Shown here: piece after piece, positions 18,116 to 26,378 of the stretch
Numbering within the stretch: position 1 is the stretch's first letter
Layout of the letters: every line of letters starts with the position of its first letter
IMG/VR virus record: IMGVR_UViG_3300045988_135688
Source of the DNA: a virus
Length of the DNA: 64,000 bases
Direction: 5' to 3' (one strand)
Translations under genes and position numbers: made by a program
The notes under the pieces: generated by a model
The model's database searches: none
What the model was told of the DNA's origin: nothing
Seen by the model: the letters and a program-made list of their open reading frames with translations, nothing else

Positions 18116-18448
18116 ATGAATATTATTACAGATAAGGCGAAAACTCCTGCAAAGCTACGTTATAGGGTGAGCGATAACAGCGGAACAATAAATAAGGAGT
18201 TCGGCAAAAATCAACAAGCGGCCTATGACTTTGCAAACGAGATGAAAGAAACGGCACCATACGCGGATATTTTGCTTTTAAACATAGAGGGCAATGGCAA
18301 ACGAATACGGTATTCATTGATCATGTATTTAAATAACCAACTATCCCGGCGTGGAGAACAACAAGCGGATCGCCACCGCCGCCGGGAACTATTTATTAAC
18401 TTAAAAATAAAAAGACATGGAAAGTACATTAAAGTTGTTAGCTACTGA
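18116..18448 (+). CDS. hypothetical protein (110 aa); 3' part runs through a repeated 75-nt element
   Basis: ORF track; conserved A-rich start context TAACTTAAAAACGAAAAGATATG. Confidence 0.5.
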   Translation: MNIITDKAKTPAKLRYRVSDNSGTINKEFGKNQQAAYDFANEMKETAPYADILLLNIEGNGKRIRYSLIMYLNNQLSRRGEQQADRHRRRELFINLKIKRHGKYIKVVSY

Positions 18449-18641
18449 CAGACAGGCGCAAATACTATTCAACAACTATTGCGTTAAACTGATGGAGTTC
18501 AAAGGGGATAAAGAAAGTTATCCAGAAATGAATATAAATAATGAAATAATTTACCCGTGGCGTGTTACATTACGGCATAAAGAAGAATTAGGCAAACTTC
18601 GTGGGGTGTATTCATTTGAAAAACTTGTAAGTATCATTTGA
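18417..18641 (+). CDS. hypothetical protein (74 aa)
   Basis: ORF track; same conserved start context. Confidence 0.5.
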   Translation: MESTLKLLATDRQAQILFNNYCVKLMEFKGDKESYPEMNINNEIIYPWRVTLRHKEELGKLRGVYSFEKLVSII

Positions 18642-18657
18642 TTTAAAAATAATCATT

Positions 18658-18804
18658 ATGAAACGAATTGAAATTTTGGCTTTATTATCATTAAGTCTAT
18701 CATCATGTAGTGAATACTTCGATAAACAACAAAGTAAGAATGAACTAAAGAAAAAGTATTCTTTCGCATTAAATTACTATGTTGAAAGATTGTCCGTTAT
18801 TTGA
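18658..18804 (+). CDS. small lipoprotein (48 aa), not in ORF track
   Basis: Own translation MKRIEILALLSLSLSSCSEYFDKQQ... shows a signal peptide plus lipobox Cys. Confidence 0.45.
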   Translation: MKRIEILALLSLSLSSCSEYFDKQQSKNELKKKYSFALNYYVERLSVI

Positions 18805-18879
18805 ATCATACAGAGATAGTATCAACAAGTACACAATACTTTCAAATGAACTTGATTACTAACTTAAAAACAAAAGAAT

Positions 18880-19152
18880 ATGGGAACGAGCAATCAGCTA
18901 AGTATTAAGCAAATTATTTGTTTTAACATTATAGCGGCTGAAAAAGTTGCCGGGAATATATGTCAAGGTCTTGCTGTTAAGCTAGGGAAAGCGTTTATAT
19001 ACGATAACCGTGATATTGATGTCAATGAAATCTCATACATTAGTCAACAATGTGAGATTGCGCTTCAAAATATATCCGAATTAGGTCTTACGGAAGCCAA
19101 GAACAATGAAATGAATAATATAATAGCTAAATATAATGGGAACGAACAATAA
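18880..19152 (+). CDS. hypothetical protein (90 aa)
   Basis: ORF track; same start context (TAACTTAAAAACAAAAGAATATG). Confidence 0.55.
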   Translation: MGTSNQLSIKQIICFNIIAAEKVAGNICQGLAVKLGKAFIYDNRDIDVNEISYISQQCEIALQNISELGLTEAKNNEMNNIIAKYNGNEQ

Positions 19153-19384
19153 ACAAGCTATCCTGGAAGGACGGAAATGGGATGTGATAGAGAGTGTTGA
19201 CGGATATTTTTCCGGGGAAAAGAACGGAGTTATCATACAAGGAACGACAATGAGTGATCTGTATGAAAAATGTAAATCTTTTGATATAGCTTCGGTTATG
19301 GAGAAGATTAATACGGGTGACAATCTGAACGACTGGGAAAAACGCTTAATAAAAGTTAATAAAAAGTTGTTGGCAAACCAATAA
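19136..19384 (+). CDS. hypothetical protein (82 aa)
   Basis: ORF track; N-terminus MGTNNK is similar to MGTSNQ of the preceding gene. Confidence 0.55.
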   Translation: MGTNNKQAILEGRKWDVIESVDGYFSGEKNGVIIQGTTMSDLYEKCKSFDIASVMEKINTGDNLNDWEKRLIKVNKKLLANQ

Positions 19385-19400
19385 ACTATATCTTTGCCAT

Positions 19401-19586
19401 ATGAGAAAGAAATACGTGGCATATTATAAGGGATGTACAATAGAGGTCACAGGAGAAAAAGACTTCATGTACCAGATAATAAAAGGTGAACGGATGGTTC
19501 TCTTTGTAGATATGTTTTACAGGTCTACAACTGATGCGCTAAAGGGCGCAATGAGGTGGGTGGACAATAATGTTAGAAAGGAGTGA
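19401..19586 (+). CDS. hypothetical protein (61 aa)
   Basis: ORF track. Confidence 0.5.
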   Translation: MRKKYVAYYKGCTIEVTGEKDFMYQIIKGERMVLFVDMFYRSTTDALKGAMRWVDNNVRKE

Positions 19587-19724
19587 ATTTATGCTTTTTG
19601 GAATTGTTTTTGCTATGATAATGAAAGCTATATGTGGAAATATGTTGGACGATTGATGATTGTCATTGTATGGCTTATTGTGTTACAGATTTTGTCTGAA
19701 TGTTAATTATGTGTGTATATTTAT

Positions 19725-20030
19725 ATGACTAAAGAAGAATTTAAATCAAAGAAAGAAATTATCAATTCAAAGATAAGAGAATTGAATAACGAAATGATAA
19801 AATTAAAGAAGGAGTACATTGAATCCAATGTGAAGTATCCTATCGGAAGCAAGGTGTGTATTACTACTAATGAATCAAAACGATATGCCTATGTCAAGGA
19901 TTATAGGATTGATTTTTTTGACAATATTGAACCATTGTTTAACAAGGTGAAGAAAGATGGAACCGTGTCGGAGATGGGCTTATATGTTTGGTCTTGTGAA
20001 TGCCCTACGATAGAACTAGTAAAGGAGTAA
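19725..20030 (+). CDS. hypothetical protein, paralog of 42872..43192
   Basis: MTKEEFKSKKEIINSKIRELNNEMIKLKKEYIESN..GSKVCIT aligns with MNKEEFQTKKNDIDSKIRELKNQKIQLEKEYIESN..GSKVCIT. Confidence 0.6.
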   Translation: MTKEEFKSKKEIINSKIRELNNEMIKLKKEYIESNVKYPIGSKVCITTNESKRYAYVKDYRIDFFDNIEPLFNKVKKDGTVSEMGLYVWSCECPTIELVKE

Positions 20031-20035
20031 TTGTT

Positions 20036-20197
20036 ATGGCAAAGGTAATGAATTTAGGAGCACATTGTAGTGAATGTATTCACTATCAATGTATTTGTCC
20101 GTTTATGTATTGCATGGCTTTACAAAAGAGAATAACGGCTAGGAAAACTCCTAAGTATTGTAAACATTATAAAACGTATAAAATGAAACGGTCATGA
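20036..20197 (+). CDS. small Cys-rich protein (53 aa)
   Basis: ATG preceded by AAAGGAG; sequence MAKVMNLGAHCSECIHYQCICPFMYC. Confidence 0.5.
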   Translation: MAKVMNLGAHCSECIHYQCICPFMYCMALQKRITARKTPKYCKHYKTYKMKRS

Positions 20198-20385
20198 ATA
20201 AGGTGGAAGTAGGAATCCTTGACGAGAACGATCTGTTTGAACACAGGGGTGTAATATATGAGGTCTTATACAAGACGGATTATTGTGTCCGTTGCCAATA
20301 CCCAAACGACAAATATCGTTACAGGGATATGTGGAAATATCTCTATACCGAATTTAGTTTGTGGATAAAAGTGAACAAGATATGA
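20194..20385 (+). CDS. hypothetical protein (63 aa)
   Basis: ORF track; ATGA overlaps. Confidence 0.55.
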   Translation: MNKVEVGILDENDLFEHRGVIYEVLYKTDYCVRCQYPNDKYRYRDMWKYLYTEFSLWIKVNKI

Positions 20386-20543
20386 AAACATTGGTTTTTG
20401 ATGTGATGCTTGACGGGCGATTTGTACATACGTTCAGATACCAATATTGCCCGTTGTTCCCGATAGACGAACAGGAACTAGAGAAGTTTGTTACCGACAG
20501 GCTTCCTACATTAAAAGGTAAAGATTTTAAAATAGTATTTTGA
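20382..20543 (+). CDS. hypothetical protein (53 aa)
   Basis: ATG 20382 overlaps the stop of the preceding ORF. Confidence 0.5.
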   Translation: MKTLVFDVMLDGRFVHTFRYQYCPLFPIDEQELEKFVTDRLPTLKGKDFKIVF

Positions 20544-20544
20544 T

Positions 20545-20940
20545 ATGAAACAGACAGTAGAAGAAGCAGCAAGAGAAAATATCCTGTTTAATCACAGGAC
20601 AGTTGACAGAACTTTGTTTGGTAAAGATTTGGCAAAGTTTGGAGAGATGAATTTCGTTCAAGGTGCCGAATGGCAGTCAAAGCAATCTCCTTGGATAAGC
20701 GTTAATGAACGGTTGCCGGAAAATGAAGATATGGTATTTACACTCTGTAAGGTGAAGCGCTCTAATAATTATTTTATATGTGTAAACAATTATATAGATG
20801 GAGAATGGGAAGCAAAAGCATTAGTGTATTATGATACGGTGTATTATGATACGGTAGCTTGGATGCCCATCCCGTCTTTTGATGATATACTAGAAGCCAA
20901 CAGAGATGTACTTGAACGGATTAAAGAGAAAGGAGATTAA
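20545..20940 (+). CDS. DUF551-like protein, paralog of 40707..41099
   Basis: QGAEWQSKQSPWISVNERLPE ... WMPIPSFDDILEANRDVLERIKEKGD, shared with the second copy. Confidence 0.65.
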   Translation: MKQTVEEAARENILFNHRTVDRTLFGKDLAKFGEMNFVQGAEWQSKQSPWISVNERLPENEDMVFTLCKVKRSNNYFICVNNYIDGEWEAKALVYYDTVYYDTVAWMPIPSFDDILEANRDVLERIKEKGD

Positions 20941-21000
20941 TTATGGGATTCAGTAGAGGAGCAAAGCCGGGTGCAGAAAACAGAAAAGGAGGAATAAATT

Positions 21001-21291
21001 ATGTGTAATTCAATAGAATGGGGCAGATGCGAAATATGTGGAAAAGAAACCCAGTTGGAACGTACTTATTTTTACTATCCAATTCATTGTGAATGTTGTG
21101 GCAATAAGGAAAATAGACATTTTGAAATGATAAGACATTGTAAAAAATGTCCTGCCCCTATGCCTAAAGAAATACATCCACTATGTAAGGCAATGGACGG
21201 TAAGACTTATCATGCGAGTGTTTCCAATATGCTTCCCATTGATATTCATGGAGAGTTTATTATAAATGAGCGAATAATTAAGGAGGAATAA
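21001..21291 (+). CDS. Cys-rich zinc-ribbon-like protein (96 aa)
   Basis: CEICGKE...CECCG...CKKC; strong SD AAAAGGAGG. Confidence 0.55.
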   Translation: MCNSIEWGRCEICGKETQLERTYFYYPIHCECCGNKENRHFEMIRHCKKCPAPMPKEIHPLCKAMDGKTYHASVSNMLPIDIHGEFIINERIIKEE

Positions 21292-21293
21292 CT

Positions 21294-21680
21294 ATGGGAT
21301 TTACAACACCGTGTTTCATACGCAAAAATACTGATAATATTAGAAATAGATTAAAAGAACTTGGCTATTATTGTAATACATATTTAGGTTGGCATAATCT
21401 ATGTACTTGTATGTTTGGAATTATTTCGGTTTATTCATGGCGCGATGATGATATAAATGCTCTTAAAGAAATAGATGTCCTTGTTGATTGCGGAGCTAAC
21501 GAGGAACTTTTCCTAGCTATCGCTGCATTAAGGGATGATACAGACAAGTACCAATGGTTTACCGATGGGGATTTATGGTTTAAATGTGGTGATGAAGTAT
21601 GTAATGAAGGTAGAAAAATTCACAAGGCTACCGTAAACGAACTGATTGAACACTTTAAAACAAAGGAGGAACAATTATGA
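21294..21680 (+). CDS. hypothetical protein (128 aa); N-terminus related to 26613..27113
   Basis: IRKNTDNIRNRLKELGY aligns with IRKDSSDIRNRLERLGY. SD AAGGAGG. Confidence 0.55.
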   Translation: MGFTTPCFIRKNTDNIRNRLKELGYYCNTYLGWHNLCTCMFGIISVYSWRDDDINALKEIDVLVDCGANEELFLAIAALRDDTDKYQWFTDGDLWFKCGDEVCNEGRKIHKATVNELIEHFKTKEEQL

Positions 21681-21841
21681 TTACAATAGCATGGTATAAT
21701 GTAGTGGCAATTATAGTTTTAATACTTTGGTTGTTTTGGGCATCTAATGGTAAGGACGGTGCTTTTGGTTTGGGTGCTGTTGTCAAACTTGTAGCAGGTA
21801 TTATTTTTATATTATTTTGGGGTGGAATGTTTTGGTGGTAA
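21677..21841 (+). CDS. small two-helix membrane protein (54 aa), not in ORF track
   Basis: Own translation MITIAWYNVVAIIVLILWLFWASNGKDGAFGLGAVVKLVAGIIFILFWGGMFWW. SD AAAGGAGG and an ATGA overlap. Confidence 0.55.
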   Translation: MITIAWYNVVAIIVLILWLFWASNGKDGAFGLGAVVKLVAGIIFILFWGGMFWW

Positions 21842-21860
21842 TATAATAAATGATTAAACA

Positions 21861-22139
21861 ATGAAAGCAAGAATAAAATCAACTGGAGAAATTGTAGAGA
21901 TTAAGGATTTATATGATGATGGTACTGCATTGGTGGGAAACATGTATATCAAGGTGTCAGAACTTAATTTCTTTAGTGAAAACATTGATTGGGAACAACG
22001 TAGGTACGAATTGGCAAAAGACATTATTAAAATTGTTATAGCAAACGACTATGGTGTTAATTCTGATGTAGTCGCTAAATATTCGCTTAATTGCGCTGAT
22101 GCACTAATTAAAAGATTAAAGGAGGTGAATAATGAATAG
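21861..22139 (+). CDS. hypothetical protein, paralog of 41751..42047
   Basis: MKARIKSTGE...IDWEQRRYELAKD is shared; identical upstream ATAAATGATTAAACAATGAAAGCAAGA. Confidence 0.6.
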   Translation: MKARIKSTGEIVEIKDLYDDGTALVGNMYIKVSELNFFSENIDWEQRRYELAKDIIKIVIANDYGVNSDVVAKYSLNCADALIKRLKEVNNE

Positions 22140-22347
22140 CATACAGACACAAACACTTTCCATTAACGGAGATGGAGGTGGTGAAGCGTATATTGACTTT
22201 TGTGATGGACAATTATGTGTTTCAGTTGTCATAGAAGATAAACAGGCGGATTTTCACTTTGAGCCTGTTACTCTAGGAATGTTTGCCCATGCTTACAAGC
22301 TGCATTGTGAAGAATGTGAAGAATGTGAAAAGAAGAAAGGAGAATAG
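22132..22347 (+). CDS. hypothetical protein (71 aa)
   Basis: ORF track; SD AAAGGAGGTG. Confidence 0.55.
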   Translation: MNSIQTQTLSINGDGGGEAYIDFCDGQLCVSVVIEDKQADFHFEPVTLGMFAHAYKLHCEECEECEKKKGE

Positions 22348-22349
22348 TC

Positions 22350-22721
22350 ATGACCGAAGAATTTGTAACATTAGAAACAGCGAAACTGCTGAAAGAGAAA
22401 GGCTTTAATGAGTATTGCAAATATATCATTAACGATAAAGGCTTGATGATGGAAACCATATTTAGAACTAGTAAGGATTTACCTAAATTATTCTATTCTT
22501 GTCCAATACAATCCATCGCCCAGAAGTGGCTTCGTGAAACTAAGAACATTCATATATGTATATACAACTGTGCTTGTGGCTATGGATACGAAATATCTAA
22601 AGCTGACAATGGAACTCATATGGCTAGTTCTGTTTATAAAGGAACAAATGATGGAGAGGAATGGGATAGCTACGAAGAAGCACTTGAAGCTGGATTACAG
22701 GAAGCATTAAAATTGATATAA
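22350..22721 (+). CDS. hypothetical protein, paralog of 42052..42345
   Basis: MTEEFVTLETAKLLKEKG ... IAQKWLRETKNIHICIYNCACGYGYEISKADNGTH is shared, with roughly 90% nt identity by eye in the 3' half. Confidence 0.6.
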   Translation: MTEEFVTLETAKLLKEKGFNEYCKYIINDKGLMMETIFRTSKDLPKLFYSCPIQSIAQKWLRETKNIHICIYNCACGYGYEISKADNGTHMASSVYKGTNDGEEWDSYEEALEAGLQEALKLI

Positions 22722-22723
22722 AT

Positions 22724-23371
22724 ATGAAAAAGATATCTTTCAATGATAAATTTGGATTAACACAAGCGGTGTTGGACGGTCGTAAGACTATGACGAGAAG
22801 AATAATCAAATGTCCTAGAACTTTTAAAGGAGAATGGGTTGCTGGATTCAATATACACAGATGCCATTCTGATAAAAAGATTGTTGGCTATCCTTGTATG
22901 TATGATGCTGATGAAAGGGAATTTGATTCGGGAGAAATTATTCCACGCTACAAGGTTGGTGAAGTTGTTGCCATTGCGCAAAGCTATGAAACCATATTTC
23001 ATGTGGGGAATTGCCCTAATGATTTCTTTGTAGATTCATCAACAATTAACAAAAAGTATTGTGGGGCAGGATTTGAAAATAAGATGTTTGTCCGCGCTGA
23101 CCTCATGATACATCATATCCGAATTACCGACATCAAGATTGAACGTTTACAGGACATTAGCGATGAAGATTGCTTGAAAGAAGGGATATATGAAGATTCG
23201 GGTGATGATGAGTTTCCACCATCTATATTTTATGAATTTGAGGGAAACAAAGACGATGGATTTGATACACCCCGTGAAGCCTTTTCAGCCCTCATAGATA
23301 AAGTATCAGGCAAGGGCACATGGGAATCCAATCCTTATGTTTTCGTTTATGAATTTAAACTGATTGATTAA
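22724..23371 (+). CDS. ASCH-like domain protein (tentative)
   Basis: N-terminus KFGLTQAVLDGRKTMTRRI resembles ASCH-type beta-barrel proteins. Confidence 0.4.
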   Translation: MKKISFNDKFGLTQAVLDGRKTMTRRIIKCPRTFKGEWVAGFNIHRCHSDKKIVGYPCMYDADEREFDSGEIIPRYKVGEVVAIAQSYETIFHVGNCPNDFFVDSSTINKKYCGAGFENKMFVRADLMIHHIRITDIKIERLQDISDEDCLKEGIYEDSGDDEFPPSIFYEFEGNKDDGFDTPREAFSALIDKVSGKGTWESNPYVFVYEFKLID

Positions 23372-23389
23372 CAGATAGAGAGTAAATTT

Positions 23390-23983
23390 ATGAATAATAT
23401 TAATTTGAACGAACTACGGGATATAGCTTATAAGACAGCTTGTGAGCATGGTTTCCACGATAAAGAATTGAGTGATGAACACTTCCTTTGTCTTATCGTT
23501 GGAGAGCTTATGGAAGCTGTGGAAGCGGATAGAAAGGGAAGATTAGGAAAGAAATGTAAATCACGTTTTGAAATGGACTATAATCGCTATCCTACATTAG
23601 TGGAAGAAGAAAAGCGATTTAAGTGTTCCTTTGAAAAAAATGTAAAAGACACACTTCCAGACGAACTAAGCGATGCGGTTATACGCCTGCTTGACCTTGC
23701 AGGATTTCGAGGAATAAGCCTTGAATCTGCTAGTAATGATATTAACTCCGAATATATGGATGATATTGCCTGTATGTACAGCAAATTGAGTTTCACGGAA
23801 GCGATATATTCCATATTTACCAAACCAATTGTAGATTACCAGTATCTTTCTACGATTGTAAATGAGATGATATTTTCAATCTTTGCACTAGCCAAACATC
23901 TTGGCATAGATTTGCTATGGCATATTGAGCAGAAGATGAGATACAATGAACTAAGACCTATGTTTCACGGAAAAAAATATTGA
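23390..23983 (+). CDS. MazG-like nucleotide pyrophosphohydrolase
   Basis: LIVGELMEAVEADRKG and LPDELSDAVIRLLDLAG ... KMRYNELR fit the MazG EExxE/D helix pattern. Confidence 0.6.
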   Translation: MNNINLNELRDIAYKTACEHGFHDKELSDEHFLCLIVGELMEAVEADRKGRLGKKCKSRFEMDYNRYPTLVEEEKRFKCSFEKNVKDTLPDELSDAVIRLLDLAGFRGISLESASNDINSEYMDDIACMYSKLSFTEAIYSIFTKPIVDYQYLSTIVNEMIFSIFALAKHLGIDLLWHIEQKMRYNELRPMFHGKKY

Positions 23984-24228
23984 TTATGAAAACAATATTA
24001 TTTACAATTATATGTATTATCGCCCTATTATGGGTTGGAGATCTAACAATTACATTTAAGCCGTTTTCCATCTCGTTACCCGGTTGGCATAAGGCTTTAG
24101 GTATCATCCTGTTTGTATTTGCAATGGCGGTGTATAACATTGGAGAATACGCTAAGGGATACAAGCATGGTTTCGATGATGGGGCAAAGGAATGTATTGA
24201 AGCGATTAAGGGAAATGGAAAGAAATGA
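23980..24228 (+). CDS. small membrane protein (82 aa)
   Basis: Two hydrophobic helices; ATGA overlap with the preceding gene. Confidence 0.5.
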   Translation: MIMKTILFTIICIIALLWVGDLTITFKPFSISLPGWHKALGIILFVFAMAVYNIGEYAKGYKHGFDDGAKECIEAIKGNGKK

Positions 24229-24667
24229 CATTAATTTCCCGTTACTCCGTATATTTAATGGAGTAACGGGGCGATATGAACTTCTTATTGACGATGTATC
24301 CATAGATGCTTATGGACGTGTAAGAGATAGCAGTGGTTGTGTTGTAGAATGGTTTACAGGCGTGTTTGACATGAACGGAATACCATTGTTTGAAAACGAC
24401 ATAATCATGCCTGTAAAGGACGGAATAAGCCAATACAGACGCATATGGAGAACAGTAGGTGGATTTGTATTAAGCAGAAGAAATGATGTGAAAGGACTTT
24501 CAAGATTGGATATGCTTGGTGCGGACTATCTGGTAAACGAACGTGTGCAGCAATACATATCTGATGGTTGCGTAAAGGTAGGTTCTGCAACAATTGATCT
24601 TAACCTGTTGAAAGGGAGAACGAAAGAAGAGATTATTAGGAATTTGTCCAGGAGAGTAAATTTATGA
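24215..24667 (+). CDS. YopX-like protein
   Basis: From internal ATG: MERNDINF...WFTGVFDMNGIPLFENDII is a YopX-type motif (tG..D.nG..ifegDii). Confidence 0.55.
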   Translation: MERNDINFPLLRIFNGVTGRYELLIDDVSIDAYGRVRDSSGCVVEWFTGVFDMNGIPLFENDIIMPVKDGISQYRRIWRTVGGFVLSRRNDVKGLSRLDMLGADYLVNERVQQYISDGCVKVGSATIDLNLLKGRTKEEIIRNLSRRVNL

Positions 24668-25185
24668 AAGACAAAATGCTAGAGGAAAGTTTGAACAATT
24701 TATACAGGACGTTTCTTATTTGGGTGATAAGATGTTATCCTATATTGTTCTGTCTTGCAATACTTGTCCATCAGTGTGAGGTTATACACTCTGTTGGCAC
24801 AGGTGATATTATTGAGTATTATGATGGTGACACATTGGAGTACATTCAGTATGCCACTCCGTTTTCGGACAAGTACCTTACCATATTCTTTAACGCCAAA
24901 CTGTTTAATGCAATATTGTTCTATGTATTGTCAAAGGTGTTTTTATTTTGTATATACCATAGAGTATTTGTCATTGAAATGTTTATATACGCAATACTGG
25001 ATATTGTATTTAATAATGTGGTGTTTGAGGATGTGAGATGCACTATGTTTTATTCGTATATATCAATAGGATTTGTAACTGTATGTTTCTTTATTGCATT
25101 GTATCTACATCAACGATTCGGAGATAGGAATATAAATAATCATCAATCTATAACCGATGGTTTTAGAAACTGTTGTAGATTATAA
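24664..25185 (+). CDS. multi-pass membrane protein (173 aa)
   Basis: Several long hydrophobic segments; ATGA overlap. Confidence 0.55.
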   Translation: MKDKMLEESLNNLYRTFLIWVIRCYPILFCLAILVHQCEVIHSVGTGDIIEYYDGDTLEYIQYATPFSDKYLTIFFNAKLFNAILFYVLSKVFLFCIYHRVFVIEMFIYAILDIVFNNVVFEDVRCTMFYSYISIGFVTVCFFIALYLHQRFGDRNINNHQSITDGFRNCCRL

Positions 25186-25378
25186 TTTCTGTTTTCCTGT
25201 GGGCTGTAATCCTCCCGTATTCTTCATGTTTATCTTGACCTTTACGGGAGATGCCTTTTTATTTGATGTTATTTTAGGGGATTTAACATTCACCCTAATC
25301 ACTTTCTTTGCCATATATTACTCATTTTAATTGTTTTGCAAAAATAATGATTTTTTTTGGTATTATAAAAACTTTATG

Positions 25379-25386
25379 TATCTTTG
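25379..25386 (+). promoter_or_regulatory. -7 box TATCTTTG with TTTG -33 element 19 nt upstream
   Basis: TTTG at 25356-25359 and TAnnTTTG at 25379-25386 fit the Bacteroides consensus spacing. Confidence 0.5.
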
Positions 25387-25443
25387 CGGTGCGATAGTTT
25401 TTGGACTTTTTTGTTTTATAATGATAGCTGCTACCTAAAATAT

Positions 25444-25525
25444 AAGCAGAGGTTTCTTCATACATTTTTCATAAGTCTAATGTATAACTGTCGCAAGTTG
25501 AAGAGATCTCTGCTTCTTTTTTTTT
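25444..25525 (+). terminator. terminator-like 16-bp stem (two G.U) with 40-nt loop plus T9 run, ending 4 nt before ATG 25530
   Basis: 25444-25459 pairs with 25500-25515; T run at 25517-25525. Confidence 0.45.
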
Positions 25526-25529
25526 ATTT

Positions 25530-26279
25530 ATGCGACAGTTTAATGAAGAAAACTTAAATGACACAGGTGTTGTTTTAAGTACGGCAAATCCCTCCGAAAT
25601 GGGTAAGATATTTTCTTATAATGGAATAAATGTTAGGATGCGTAAGATGAATGGATATATCCTTGTATGTCTTACAGATTTTGCTAGGTTATTTCCTGAT
25701 AAAAATCTATCCACTATTATAAATTCTAAGGAAATGACTGATTATGTAAATCGTTTGAGCGAAATAAAAAATTTTATTTCGACTGATTTACTGCAAATTA
25801 TAAAGGGAGGAAATGTATCACAGCAAGGAACATGGGCACATCAAAAAATAGCTCTTAGGGTTGCTCAAAAATTATCCACTGATTTTGCTATTTGGGTAGA
25901 TGACAAGATCGAAGAGTTTCTTACCACGGGAAATACTTCTATATCATCAAGACTTCCAAACTTCAACAATCCTGCCGAAGCTGCTAGGGCTTGGGCTGAT
26001 GAGTATGAAAGGAATCAAGCATTAACCTTAGAAAACAAGGAAGCAAAGCTACAACTAGAACTAAAGACGGAACAACTAGATGAATCCAAGGAATGGTATA
26101 GTATCAAAAGATGGTCAAAGGAAAACGGTGTAAACTGGAGAAAGGTTAGCTGGAGAAAGATGAAAGTAATATCTTACGAGCTAGGTTACGAAGTGAAAAA
26201 GATTTTTGATGCTAACTATGGACAGGTTAATATATACAATGTGAATGTATTTAAGGCATACTTTAACAAATGTGAATAA
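25530..26279 (+). CDS. KilA-N domain protein with C-terminal coiled-coil region
   Basis: GYILVCLTDFARLF ... QGTWAHQKIALRVAQKLSTDFAIWVDDKIEEF. Confidence 0.7.
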   Translation: MRQFNEENLNDTGVVLSTANPSEMGKIFSYNGINVRMRKMNGYILVCLTDFARLFPDKNLSTIINSKEMTDYVNRLSEIKNFISTDLLQIIKGGNVSQQGTWAHQKIALRVAQKLSTDFAIWVDDKIEEFLTTGNTSISSRLPNFNNPAEAARAWADEYERNQALTLENKEAKLQLELKTEQLDESKEWYSIKRWSKENGVNWRKVSWRKMKVISYELGYEVKKIFDANYGQVNIYNVNVFKAYFNKCE

Positions 26280-26324
26280 ATAATATGTATTTTAAAATGT
26301 TTGATAGTATGTCATTTTATTGAC

Positions 26325-26332
26325 TATATTTG
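26325..26332 (+). promoter_or_regulatory. -7 box TATATTTG
   Basis: Matches TAnnTTTG. Confidence 0.4.
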
Positions 26333-26378
26333 CATCATGTTTGAGTGTAGAAGCAAGCATATCTATAATGAAAGTTTA

